Source: Eledone cirrhosa (taxonomy: Eukaryota). From it: a stretch of 64,000 nucleotides of DNA. Location: the NCBI GenBank assembly GCA_964016885.1, contig OZ024742.1, positions 211,668,001-211,732,000 on the forward strand, read 5' to 3'. The position numbers and the translations under genes were made by a program. The notes under the pieces were generated by a model. The model saw only the letters and a list, made by a program, of their open reading frames with translations, searched no databases and had not been told where the DNA came from. Below are positions 51,601-64,000 of this stretch, piece by piece; the first letter of the stretch is position 1; every line of letters begins with the position of its first letter.

Positions 51601-53557
51601 CAATACACTCCACTATACTATAGCACAATTCCACACTACCACTAAACTATAATCCACCACATCCAACTACAATACACTCCACTATACTACAGCACAATTC
51701 CACACTACCACTAAACTATAATCCACCACATCCAACTACAATACACTCCACTATACTACAGCACAATTCCACACTACCACTGAACTATAATCCACCACAT
51801 CCAAATGCAATACACTCCACTATACTACAGCACAATTCCACACTACCACTGAACTATAATCCACCACATCCAAATGCAATACACTCCACTATACTACAGC
51901 ACAATTCCACACTACCACTGAACTATAATCCACCACATCCAACTACAATACACTCCACTATACTATAGCACAATTCCACACTACCACTGAACTATAATCC
52001 ACCACATCCAACTACAATACACTCCACTATACTACAGCACAATTCCACACTACCACTGAACTATAATCCACCACATCCAAATGCAATACACTCCACTATA
52101 CTACAGCACAATTCCACACTACCACTGAACTATAATCCACCACATCCAAATGCAATACACTCCACTATACTACAGCACAATTCCACACTACCACTGAACT
52201 ATAATCCACCACATCCAACTACAATACACTCCACTATACTACAGCACAATTCCACACTACCACTGAACTATAATCCACCACATCCAAATGCAATACACTC
52301 CACTATACTACAGCACAATTCCACACTACCACTGAACTATAATCCACCATATCCAAATGCAATACACTCCACTATACTACAGCACAATTCCACACTACCA
52401 CTGAACTATAATCCACCACATCCAAATGCAATACACTCCACTATACTATAGCACAATTCCACACTACCACTGAACTATAATCCACCACATCCAAATGCAA
52501 TACACTCCACTATACTACAGCACAATTCCACACTACCACTGAACTATAATCCACCACATCCAAATGCAATACACTCCACTATACTATAGCACAATTCCAC
52601 ACTACCACTGAACTATAATCCACCACATCCAAATGCAATACACTCCACTATACTACAGCACAATTCCACACTACCACTGAACTATAATCCACCACATCCA
52701 AATGCAATACACTCCACTATACTACAGCACAATTCCACACTACCACTGAACTATAATCCACCACATCCAACTACAATACACTCCACTATACTACAGCACA
52801 ATTCCACACTACCACTGAACTATAATCCACCACATCCAAATGCAATACACTCCACTATACTACAGCACAATTCCACACTACCACTGAACTATAATCCACC
52901 ACATCCAAATGCAATACACTCCACTATACTACAGCACAATTCCACACTACCACTGAACTATAATCCACCACATCCAAATGCAATACACTCCACTATACTA
53001 TAGCACAATTCCACACTACCACTGAACTATAATCCACCACATCCAAATGCAATACACTCCACTATACTACAGCACAATTCCACACTACCACTGAACTATA
53101 ATCCACCACATCCAAATGCAATACACTCCACTATACTACAGCACAATTCCACACTACCACTGAACTATAATCCACCACATCCAACTACAATACACTCCAC
53201 TATACTACAGCACAATTCCACACTACCACTGAACTATAATCCACCACATCCAACTGCAATACACTCCACTATACTACAGCACAATTCCACACTACCACTG
53301 AACTATAATCCACCACATCCAACTGCAATACACTCCACTATACTACAGCACAATTCCACACTACCACTGAACTATAATCCACCACATCCAAATGCAATAC
53401 ACTCCACTATACTACAGCACAATTCCACACTACCACTGAACTATAATCCACCACATCCAACTGCAATACACTCCACTATACTACAGCACAATTCCACACT
53501 ACCACTGAACTATAATCCACCACATCCAAATGCAATACACTCCACTATACTATAGCA
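48612..53557. repeat. 69-bp satellite, about 71 copies
   Basis: Unit tataatccaccacatccaactacaatacactccactatactacagcacaattccacactaccactgaac; 23-aa periodicity in the ORF track. Confidence 0.97.
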
Positions 53558-53947
53558 CACTTTGTAAAATGTTTGATGTTAAGAAGGGCATCCAACTGCA
53601 GAAACCATGTCAAATATGGAATATAATGAGCAGGATTAGTCACTCTGACCCATCTGGTCTTGGACTGTGGCAACCTGTCCAACCCATGCCAGGATAGAAA
53701 GGGGATTAAAATGACGCGAATGGTGATGATGATATACTACATTATAAACACAATACAATCAGACTGCAAAGTCTGAACATTTCCTTAAACTTTGCAATTT
53801 CATAAAACTGATTATAACACCACCTAGTATAATGATAGCAGTAACCCAAGGCAATGAGAGAGAGCCTGGTTGAAATAGCAGCCAAATCACCCTGAAATTA
53901 CACCATGCCATCTTCAAAAGAGAAGCCACATTGAATAATGTAATACT

Positions 53948-54095
53948 AAGTCCCAGATTTACCATTGTGCTTGTGTGTGCTTAAGCACAGGGTCCCATCT
54001 TCCTGTCCCCAAAATTTTTAGCTCCTTCAGGACCCAAGTAAGGGGCCTCATAAGTTAACTAGGACAGGGCCTCATTTGTCCTAAATCTGGCACTA
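53948..54095. mobile_element. hAT-like MITE with 8-bp TSD
   Basis: Flanked by gtaatact / gtaatatt; same internal sequence as 26027-26158. Confidence 0.75.
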
Positions 54096-54796
54096 GTAAT
54101 ATTAGATACATAGTCATGGTTGGAACACAATTGATTATTATGTGTTTGTCAGGGTTGACCTGTGGTTAAATAACAATATAACAATCTGAACAGTAGCAGT
54201 TGTGACAAGGTTTATAATGACAGCAACAGCAACATCTACAACATAATTTACATATGCATAACAGTTGCAGTATAATTGCATTGACAGAATGTGCTAGAAT
54301 GAACATCATTGTCATCTGTTACGGTGCAGAGGTATTGGGACATTGCAATCAGGAATTCCTTGTATAATGAGAATATTTCCAGGCCATCATTCCAAATTAT
54401 AATCATCGAAGAGTAGAAAATGATTATTCTCTATCAAAAAATGGTTTATAGCTGCTGTTAGCTACGTAGGAATCAATACTCTCTCTCTCTCTCTTCTACA
54501 GACTGATTTGCAACCAAGCTAGGAAATATTCATCATAATATTACTTTATATTTTTGTTTCTGTTGTTTTGTTTGTCCTTTTGTTTATTGTTGTAATGTCT
54601 TGTAATGTCTTCATTCTCTTGCTGCTGTCTCCCAGCCAATATCACTGAAATCAGCTCATTTAAAATCAGTCAACATTTAATCTTAGTTGATCTTTCCGAA
54701 GATTATATCAGCAAAAGTTTACATAGGACCAGCTTCTTTTGTTATTCATGAAACAGGATTTTGATTCTAGAGCTTGCAATGTCATTGATAGAAGGA

Positions 54797-56830
54797 GTGG
54801 TGGTAGTGGTGGTAGGTGTTGTCATGGTGGTGGTGGTGGTGGGTGTTGTCATGGTGGTGGTGGTGGTGGGTGTTATCATGGTGGTGATGGTGGTGGGTGT
54901 TGTCATGGTGGTGGTGGTGGTGGTGGGTGTTATCATGGTGGTGATGGTGGTGGGTGTTGTCATGGTGGTGATGGTGGTGGGTGTTGTCATGGTGGTGGTG
55001 GTGGTGGGTGTTGTCGTGGTGGTGGTGGTGGTGCGTGTTGTCATGGTGGTGGTGGTGGTGGGTGTTGTCGTGGTGGTGGTGGTGGTGCGTGTTGTCATGG
55101 TGGTGGTGGTGGTGGGTGTTGTCATGGTGGTGGTGGTGGTGGGTGTTGTCGTGGTGGTGGTGGTGGTGGGTGTTGTCATGGTGGTGGTGGTGGTGCGTGT
55201 TGCCATGGTGGTGGCGGTGGTGAGTGTTGTCATGGTGGTGGTGGGTGTTGTCATGGGGGTGGGTATTGTCATGGCGGTGGTGGGTATTGTCATGGCGGTG
55301 GTGAGTATTGTCATGGCGGTGGTGGGTATTGTCATGGCGGTGGTGGGTATTGTCATGGCGGTGGTGGGTGTTGTCATGGTGGTGGTGGGTGTTGTCATGG
55401 TGGTGGTGGGTGTTGTCATGGTGGTGGTGGGTGTTGTCATGGTGGTGGTGGGTGTTGTCATGGTGGTGGTGGGTATTGTCATGGTGGTGGTGGGTGTTGT
55501 CATGGTGGTGGTGGGTGTTGTCATGGTGGTGGTGGGTGTTGTCATGGCGGTGGTGGGTATTGTCATGGTGGTGGTGGGTGTTGTCATGGTGGTGGTGGGT
55601 ATTGTCATGGTGGTGGTGGGTATTGTCATGGTGGTGGTGAGTGTTGTCATGGTGGTGGTGGGTGTTGTCATGGTGGTGGTGGGTATTGTCATGGTGGTGG
55701 TGGGTGTTGTCATGGTGGTGGTGGGTGTTGTCATGGTGGTGGTGGGTGTTGTCATGGCGGTGGTGGGTATTGTCATGGTGGTGGTGGGTGTTGTCATGGT
55801 GGTGGTGGGTATTGTCATGGTGGTGGTGGGTATTGTCATGGTGGTGGTGGGTGTTGTCATGGTGGTGGTGGGTGTTGTCATGGTGGTGGTGGGTGTTGTC
55901 ATGGCGGTGGTGGGTATTGTCATGGTGGTGGTGGGTGTTGTCATGGCGGTGGTGGGTATTGTCATGGCGGTGGTGGGTGTTGTCATGGTGGTGGTGGGTG
56001 TTGTCATGGCGGTGGTGGGTATTGTCATGGTGGTGGTGGGTGTTGTCATGGTGGTGGTGGGTGTTGTCATGGCGGTGGTGGGTGTTGTCATGGTGGTGGT
56101 GGGTGTTGTCATGGTGGTGGTGGGTGTTGTCATGGCGGTGGTGGGTATTGTCATGGCGGTGGTGGGTGTTGTCATGGTGGTGGTGGGTGTTGTCATGGCG
56201 GTGGTGGGTATTGTCATGGTGGTGGTGGGTGTTGTCATGGTGGTGGTGGGTGTTGTCATGGCGGTGGTGGGTATTGTCATGGTGGTGGTGGGTGTTGTCA
56301 TGGTGGTGGTGGGTGTTGTCATGGTGGTGGTGGGTGTTGTCATGGTGGTGGTGGGTGTTGTCATGGTGGTGGTGGGTGTTGTCATGGTGGTGGTGGGTGT
56401 TGTCATGGTGGTGGTGGGTGTTGTCATGGTGGTGGTGGGTGTTGTCATGGTGGTGGTGGGTGTTGTCATGGTGGTGGTGGGTATTGTCATGGCGGTGGTG
56501 GGTATTGTCATGGTGGTGGTGGGTATTGTCATGGCGGTGGTGGGTGTTGTCATGGTGGTGGTAGTGGTGGTGATAGTTTTCATGGTAGGTGTTGTCATGG
56601 GGGTGGGTATTGTCATGGTGGTAGTGGGTGTTGTCATGGTAGTGATGGCGGTGAGTGTTGTCATGGTGGTGATGGGGGTGGTGGTGGGTGTTGTCATGGT
56701 GGTGGTGGGTGTTGTCATGGTGGTGGTGGGTGTTGTCATGGTGGTGGTGGGTGTTGTCACGGTGGTGGTGGTGGTGGTAGTGGTAGGTATTGTCATGGTG
56801 GTGGGTGTTGTGGTGGTGGTCGTTGTCATA
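54797..56830. repeat. (GGT)n-derived 21-bp minisatellite GGTGGTGGTGGGTGTTGTCAT
   Basis: Seen directly in the sequence. Confidence 0.96.
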
Positions 56831-57579
56831 GAAAGAAGGTGTAGGTAATTCTCAGAACTAAATATAATTTTCCAAATAACTGACACTTGCCATGTCTGGT
56901 CATTTAGTTAAAAGAGTTGTCACAACTTCATTTCAGTATTTCTGTTTGTTTTCTCAGTGAATCTAGTATTTTATTTTATTTATGTATTTTTTTATATTTA
57001 TGTATTTTTTATTGAAAGATATTTTAATATTGTAAAAATTCATTATTTGGTTAGATTATATAATCAGTGACAAATTAGAGATAATGTCAAAAATAAACAA
57101 AATCGTAACGAAAAGACCACCACCATCATCATCATCATTTAACATCTGCTCTCCTTGCTAGTGAGGCTTGGATGGTCTGTCAACAGACTGGATTAGTACT
57201 CAAGCAGAGCTGCTGGCTTCAGAAATTGACCAGGAGCCTGCATCTCACATATGTTCCTGCACTTAACTGAGTGCTCAGACAGGCTGGCAGCCAGCATTGT
57301 GTTTACATATGATCCCATGCTCTACCGAGTGTATTTTGTCATGACACCAGCACTAGAGAAGCTTTCATGCCTTTGACACAACTGAAGCGTTCTCCTAACT
57401 CTTTGTTTGTCAAGTTTTCTACAGTTGTCAGAGTGTACTGATTGTGTTTATCATGTAGTGTAAAAATTTCTGTATTTAGAGATAGGTTTGGTTGAACAAA
57501 TGATAGAAACAATTCAATATATGAGTTGAGCGATAAATGTTTTATAACTGTGAGTTACCAGTGTATTTTCATAGCTATA

Positions 57580-57822
57580 TCATCATCATCATCATCATTC
57601 TACATCCATTGTTCCATGCTGGCATGGGTTGGATAGGTCCTTCTCAGTACATCATCTATCCCCTTGTTGTGTTCGATTATCATCTCCTCCATGAGCTTTA
57701 GCAATCTGAGATCAGTTCTCACCACATCCATCCAGGTCTCCTTGGTCATCTTTTACCATGGCCCCCCCCCCCCCCCCCTCCACTGGGATTACCTGGCATT
57801 ACTTGGCACTTCTTCACTCTAA
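57580..57822 (-). mobile_element. RTE 3' terminal fragment
   Basis: RVKKCQVMP, a W.DVVRTDLR-like segment and an (ATG)n tail. Confidence 0.7.
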
Positions 57823-58089
57823 TGAAATATATAGAAGTAGGAGTGAAGTGGTTTAATGGATACGAGTGATTGTGAGTCCTTTGTTGGTCCCTAATGGATA
57901 TAGGTGGTTGTGGGTCCTCTGTCGGTCTCAGTGATGAATATTCAGTCTGGAAAACAGCCACAAGGGAGGTTTATATAATGTGGTGAGTAATTCTGAAAGT
58001 TTTCTCAAACATTGCTACCACAATGATGTGGGCCCGGATGGTGTAGAGGAACACAGGAACATTGTTTGCTTTGTATGACCCCCAGGTGC

Positions 58090-58300
58090 TGACCCCACCT
58101 CATGGTCACAGGGGACAGAATGGAGAAAACATTGCCTCGGAGGATGGTGGTAGAGATGCATTGAAATAGCCATTCCAACTCATGGGGGTCACTCCAGTGG
58201 GTGGCCAACTCCACCCCGATAATAGTGGGTAAGAAAATTATTTGAGAACCAAGAATGCTACAGGTTTGAAAACAAACCTGTCAGAGAGTGGCCAATACAT
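58090..58300 (-). mobile_element. Short decayed CRE-like fragment
   Basis: ELATHWSDPHELEWLFQCISTTILRGNVFSIL. Confidence 0.62.
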
Positions 58301-59290
58301 TGATTTAGTTGGCCGAAATTCTACTCATAAAATTACTGATAAATGTCTGAATAACCACAGAATATGTACCCTTAACTTAATTCTCTGGCTGAATCAGTGT
58401 GACATTATGTGACAAAGCTGGATCTTTGTAATATAGATACACCCCAGAGAGAATGAATACTACAAAGCGTTCTACCCTATACTCTAACAATTTTGCTAAT
58501 TTTCCACCTTACATAAATATGATAAAATGATCTAAAATGTATAAGGGACTGAATTTATAAACTGGAGTTGATAAAAACCCCCAAAATAAAACAATTTCCT
58601 ATTTTATCAGGTTCCATTTTAAAGTAATGGCAAGTCTTTGAACTTCCATTTTGTGGACAGATTATATGGGCAAAACCAACCGACAGGAGATCCAAGGGTA
58701 GACCCTGAGGAAGATGGTTGGATAAGATCAATGAGCTTGGCTAATCTCACTATATTGACTATTATGTTACTGTTTCAGCACAGGTTGATACATTTTTTAC
58801 GGTCTAAGTTCAAATCCCGCCGAGGTTAACTTTGCCTTTCATCCTTACGGGGTCGATAAAATAAAGTACCAGTAATGCACTGGGTAATTACTGGCCTTGT
58901 GCCAAATGTAGAAACAATTATTTTTATACCTTTGATGCAGGCATGGCATTACAGTTAAAAAGATTGCTAATGAAGACACGTAGTTTTGTGTTTAGAGTGT
59001 TCTGCTCACAATCATAAGGCCGTGAGTTTGATTCCTTTGTGATACATTGTGTTCTTGAGCAAGATTGCAGTACCAAACTAGGGCGAACTAGTACCAAACA
59101 GAGTGATAGATAGAAAGAATTGTTAGAACATTGGATGTGATGTCTTGCAGTATCAGTTCTGGTTCTTTGCATTCTGAGTTTAAATTCTGACTTCTGTTTC
59201 CAGCCTTCTCATAACAGGAAACAGGTTCTTTGAATGTAGCTAATGGTATTAAATCTTCAATGTCAGTGGAGTGATGTATTGTTTGGCGTA

Positions 59291-59363
<73 letters not shown>

Positions 59364-59539
59364 ACAGACAAACAAATTGTATAATTTAATCTGAGGAAAA
59401 GAAATGGCAAGTACTCTGTTGTGTAATTGGTAATAGAATTCCGTGATAAATGAAAGATACATGGTTCCAGTTCTACCAGTGCGCCTGTTGCTGTTTTCCA
59501 TCTCAAATTTGTGCGTAGTCTGATCGAAGAGGGCAAGCT

Positions 59540-59750
59540 TTCAAAATATCAATCACTCTCTGACAGGTTTGTGGTTGAGCCTCTGTTATTCATGGCCCAT
59601 GGACCACATCCCTATTCACTGCTTTTGGGGTGAAGTTGGCTACCTGCAAATGTAAGCCCTGCAAGGTGGACTGGCTGTTCCAGTACCTTTCCCTCGCCAT
59701 CTTCCGAGGCAATGTCTTCTCCATTCTGTCCACTGGGATCACAAGGCAGA
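59540..59750 (+). mobile_element. Short decayed CRE-like fragment
   Basis: tctctgacaggtttg...ggctgttccag...ggcaatgtcttctccattctg resembles 10360-10550 and 24800-24960. Confidence 0.6.
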
Positions 59751-59932
59751 CTGATCCTTGAACAGTGAGTAGTAAATACAGATCTCTCTCAGAGAGAGAG
59801 AGAGAGTAAACAACAACAATACATTATAAACTTATTACTTCATTTAAGCAGTTAATTCAAAGATTTCCATTTTTTTTAAAATTATTTATTTTGATGGTAA
59901 CTGCCGATAAAGGGGATTAATGATATACTTAC

Positions 59933-60068
59933 TGATACAGCTTGCAGCTAGTAATTTCACAAGACCTGGGGGTGGTTCACAAGAAGGATAGAAAGGATGT
60001 ATAGCATAGTAACCAAAGGTTAGTGCGATTACTATTTGGGCAGTTGGACGAAGTACAATCAAGTTGAC
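59933..60068 (-). CDS. SLC7 L-type amino acid transporter light chain (LAT/y+LAT/xCT-like), most 5' exon found (TM3-TM4)
   Basis: ctttcag / gtaagt; VNLIVLRPTAQIVIALTFGYYAIHPFYPSCEPPPGLVKLLAASCI; includes the Cys that bonds to the SLC3 heavy chain in this family; 136 bp. Confidence 0.93.
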
Positions 60069-60614
60069 CTGAAAGCAACAACAATAATAAAATGAACAAC
60101 ATCAGTAACAAGAATGATTTTTAACTTTTGAGCTTAACTCTTTTCATAGTTCAGCCAAAATTGGCACTGGTTCTATGAATCAAAACAATTAATTTTAAAA
60201 AGTTACTCTTTAAATAAAAATATTCCAACATAATTTTATACAATAATCATGTTAATTAATCTTAGTAATGAAATAATTAATAATTTTAGTAAATCCTTAA
60301 AAATTCTTCATTAATTAATAGAAATAATGTATTTCATTAGAAATTTCACCACAAAAGGGTTAAGGAGTAGTCAATTTAATTGATCCCCTCACCCAGTTTT
60401 TCCTACCAACACAAATCACCAAGCTGGACTTCAACAGCATAAATGTAATGTTTGTGAGATCTTGTTCACTTCACGACTACTGACACTTCTTCCTTGACTA
60501 AGCTCAGATCATAAACAATGTAACTAAACACTGCAAGAAAGTTTGCATAGAATTCACAATTCCTGCCATCCAGGATAATAACTGTTTTTAACCCTTTCAG
60601 AATAATAACTGTTT

Positions 60615-60830
60615 TTAACCCTTTAGAATTTACATTACTCTATATTTACTATTGTATTTTCATGGTAGAGGCTTTACCTCACATAATATCGAATCTATGA
60701 GATTTTAATGTTATTTATTTTGAGAACAATATGTTAACATCACTATGAGTGGCAGGTTACAGCTGGTTTGAACAGAAAGCGGTGACAGAATTCTGGCTGG
60801 ATATGACCGGTTTCAATGCTGAAAGGTTAA
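60615..60830. mobile_element. piggyBac-type MITE, same family (a decayed copy also at ~3115-3305)
   Basis: TTAACCCTTTAGAATTTACATTACTC ... GCTGAAAGGTTAA. Confidence 0.8.
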
Positions 60831-61195
60831 TATAGGCACAAGGTCAGAAATTTGAGGGGATGGAATATTTGATTAAATTAACCCAGTATTTCACTGACAC
60901 TTTATTTTAATGACTCTGAAAATATGAAAGGCAAAGGTGACCTCAACAGGATTTGAGCTCAGACTGTAAAGGGTTGTAACTAAATACAGCAAGGCATTTT
61001 GGCTGATATTCTATCAATTCTACCAATATCACCAAGGATTTTGAAAAAACCCAACCAAAATGCCAAAACAAAACAACAAAGCTGAGTGGAAAGGCTTGCA
61101 GGATGACGAGAACCTACAACACAGCTCATTAGACTTTGGTGTTTTAGGTTTACTATTTAAGACTTTGTATTTCTAAATGGCAGTTACAGAGTCAA

Positions 61196-61196
<1 letters not shown>

Positions 61197-61279
<83 letters not shown>

Positions 61280-61400
61280 TCGTATTGCATGTGTGTGCAT
61301 GTGTGTATGTGTGCGTGTGTACATGTGTGATTGCGTGTGCATGTGTGTATGTGTGTATGTGTATGTGTGTGTATGTAAGTGTGTGTGTGTGTATGTATGT
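61197..61400. repeat. (GT)n microsatellite (other (CA)n tracts at 33670, 47316, 59295)
   Basis: Seen directly in the sequence. Confidence 0.92.
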
Positions 61401-61525
61401 TGGGGGGGGGGTCTATAAGGGATTGAAGCAACTCTTACATCTTCTAGGTTAGTTCTGAATGGCCTGTATCACAACTCAGAACAACATAGTACCAAACTCT
61501 GGTATACACTAGAAAGTCACTACAT

Positions 61526-61831
61526 CAGTGGTTCCCAACCTTTTGGGCACCATGCCCCACCTCAACAACTAAAAAATTGTTATGTCCCCCTTTGACATGA
61601 AAACAGCAATGATCAACTGCAACAAATTGGTGTATAAGTGATGCCAAATGCACAATATAATATGGAGGAAGTGAGAGGAGTTTCTGACTGTAATGTACAC
61701 CAAAGTAGCCTTGATGTAAAAGTAATAAAGTAAAACCTGAGGTTTGTTCTCATTAACATCATTTTCAAATGGCCCCTTAAATATTCAAATTTCTCCCCTG
61801 TAGGGTGTGCGCCCCATGTTAGAAATCACTG
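61526..61831. mobile_element. hAT/Charlie-type MITE
   Basis: CAGTGGTTCCCAACC ... GTTAGAAATCACTG termini; degenerate 8-bp TSD cactacat / ctctagat. Confidence 0.72.
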
Positions 61832-61949
61832 CTCTAGATGGTTCTCTAAGGTCATTATCACAACTAATTAAATGTTCAATGATCTGTTTGACTATTGAGA
61901 TAGGATACAAAACTTAGACATTGTCATTATCATCAACTTTGTTACTGCG

Positions 61950-63260
61950 ATCATGGTGGTGGTGGTTGACGGCATGGTGGTGGTGGTGGTAGTGGTGGTG
62001 GTTGTTGTCATCATTGTCATGGTGGTGGTGGTGGTGGTGGTGGTAGTGGTTGTTGTTGTTATCAGTCATGGTGGTGGTGGTAGTGGTTGTTGTTGTCATT
62101 GTCATGGTGGTGGTGGTAGTGGTTGTTGTTGTCATTGACATAGTGGTGGTGGTAGTGGTTGTTGTTGTCATCATTGTCATGGTGGTAGTGGTTGTTGTTG
62201 TCATTGACATAGTGGTGGTGGTAGTGGTTGTTGTTGTCATCATTGTCATGGTGGTGGTGGTAGTGGTTGTTGTTGTCATTGTCATGGTGGTGGTGGTAGT
62301 GGTTGTTGTTGTCATTGTCATGGTGGTGGTGGTAGTGGTTGTTGTTGTCATCATTGTCATGGTGGTGGTGGTAGTGGTTGTTGTTGTCATTGTCATGGTG
62401 GTGGTGGTAGTGGTTGTTGTTGTCATTGTCATGGTGGTGGTGGTAGTGGTTGTTGTTGTCATTGTCATGGTGGTGGTGGTAGTGGTTGTTGTTGTCATTG
62501 TCATGGTGGTGGTGGTAGTGGTTGTTGTTGTCATTGTCATGGTGGTGGTGGTAGTGGTTGTTGTTGTCATTGTCATGGTGGTGGTGGTAGTGGTTGTTGT
62601 TGTCATTGTCATGGTGGTGGTGGTAGTGGTTGTTGTTGTCATTGTCATGGTGGTGGTGGTAGTGGTTGTTGTTGTCATTGTCATGGTGGTGGTGGTAATG
62701 GTTGTTGTTGTCATCATTGTCGTGGTGGTGGTGATGGTGGTGGTAGTGGTTGTTGTTGTCATCATTGTCATGGTGGTGGTGATGGTGGTGATGGTGGTGG
62801 TGGTGGTAGTGGTTGTTGTTGTCATCATTGTCATGGTGGTGGTGATGGTGGTGATGGTGGTGGTAGTGGTTGTTGTTGTCATCATTGTCATGGTGGTGGT
62901 GGTAGTGGTTGTTGTTATCATTGTCATGGTGGTGGTAGTAGTGGTTGTTGTTATCATTGTCATGGTGGTTGTCTATATTGTAGTCATAGTGGTGAGGGTG
63001 GTTGTAGTTGTAGTCATTGTCATTGTTGTCATGCTGGTGGTGGTGGTGGTGGTGGTGGCAGTCATTGTCTTGTCATCATCAGGGTGGTGGTAGTTGTAGT
63101 CATTGTCATTGTTGTCAACATAATCATGGTGATGGTGGTGGGTGTCATTGTAGTCATGGTGATGGTGGTGGTGGTCATTGTATCATCATAGTCATTGTGG
63201 TGAGGGTCGTGGAGGTGGTGGTGGTCATAGTCATTTGTCATTGTTGTCATCATCATCATC
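61950..63260. repeat. (GGT/GTT)-derived 36-bp minisatellite with degenerate flanks
   Basis: GTAG recurs with period 36 (for example 62407 and 62443). Confidence 0.93.
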
Positions 63261-63665
63261 AACACCACCACTTTAACCTTTGTGTGCTAATAGGTGTTGG
63301 AAGGGACTGTCTAACAATATATCAACATTTATCTCATATTTAGTGATCTCATCTTTGAATTTCCCCAAAATGTCAAGATCTAACATAGCTACACCTTCCT
63401 CAGCTTTTCTCTTTTATATGTAACCTCTACTGACAACATAGAGCAATCGTTCACCAACCACTTATTATCTGTGCCCCAACCCTAACCCCAACCAATAATC
63501 CTAATTCTAACCTAACCTTAACCCTAGCCTCAGCTGACAACACAGAGCAATCTTTCACCAAGCACTCATTATCTGTACCACTGTAGTCACCTTTCCTAAA
63601 CATATAGGCTGATGCTTGTTAATTCCTAGTCATTCTTTAGCTCATTTGTACTCTGCTTTTCAAGC

Positions 63666-63743
63666 AAGTTAACAGCAAACAGACCATGGTCAGTTGTTAG
63701 GGTTAACCCTAACAACTGACCATGGTCTGTTTGCTGTTAACTT
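63666..63743. repeat. Perfect 78-bp palindrome centred on TTAGGGTT|AACCCTAA
   Basis: 39-bp arms with no spacer, centre at 63704/63705. Confidence 0.93.
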
Positions 63744-64000
63744 TAACCCTAACACCTAACCCCAATCTTAAATTCATTTCTCTCCATCGACCTCAGGCTG
63801 TTCTTATCTTACTGCTAGGCTGCATCACATTTCTTACACACACCTTATACAGCCTGTCTTTTGCAAGGAGGACATTTTCTTCAGACTGATTTTTTTAAAC
63901 ATGATAGTGAAGGTAACAATTAACTAAACATTAAAATATAAAATGCCACACTGTCTTTAATATGTAATTTTCTCTCATTTTTTAAATTTACCTTTTTAAA

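Noticed and set aside
49779-51623. 614-aa repetitive ORF
   Set aside because: It is a translation of the 69-bp satellite; scattered TAG variants break the frame and the start is not ATG.
54739-56886. 700-aa Gly/Cys/His-rich, Val-rich and Thr-rich ORFs that resemble structural or mucin proteins
   Set aside because: Several frames on both strands are open because the 21-bp unit lacks stop codons; there is no signal peptide or splice context, and the region is intronic.
60069-64000. Upstream SLC7 exons (GSGIF / YAELG region)
   Set aside because: No matching frame with splice sites was found by eye; they presumably lie beyond the window.

Overview
AT-rich, repeat-dense animal genomic DNA; the SINE families, RTE LINEs and microsatellites suggest an octopod cephalopod (inference). 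Two spliced host genes converge tail-to-tail. On + are the last two coding exons of a V-ATPase V0 subunit a gene (107-1327). On - are ten GT-AG exons of an SLC7 LAT-type amino-acid transporter (60068 down to stop at 12224; 5' end not found). The rest is intronic or intergenic: a nearly intact RTE LINE with matching short non-autonomous elements, a Penelope-like GIY-YIG fragment, CRE and CR1-type LINE fragments, a decayed DD37D/maT transposon, piggyBac-, hAT- and Helitron-type non-autonomous elements, and several satellites. Most long ORFs in the supplied track are repeat artefacts. I found no prokaryotic-type system. The best leads are two type I hammerhead ribozyme folds in a ~330-bp inverted repeat inside the transporter intron, a 5'-inverted RTE insertion with a TSD, Helitron ends that are fully palindromic, a 78-bp perfect palindrome centred on TTAGGG/CCCTAA, a satellite derived from RT coding sequence, and an unusual TM6 residue in the transporter. 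All calls were made by eye without database searches.
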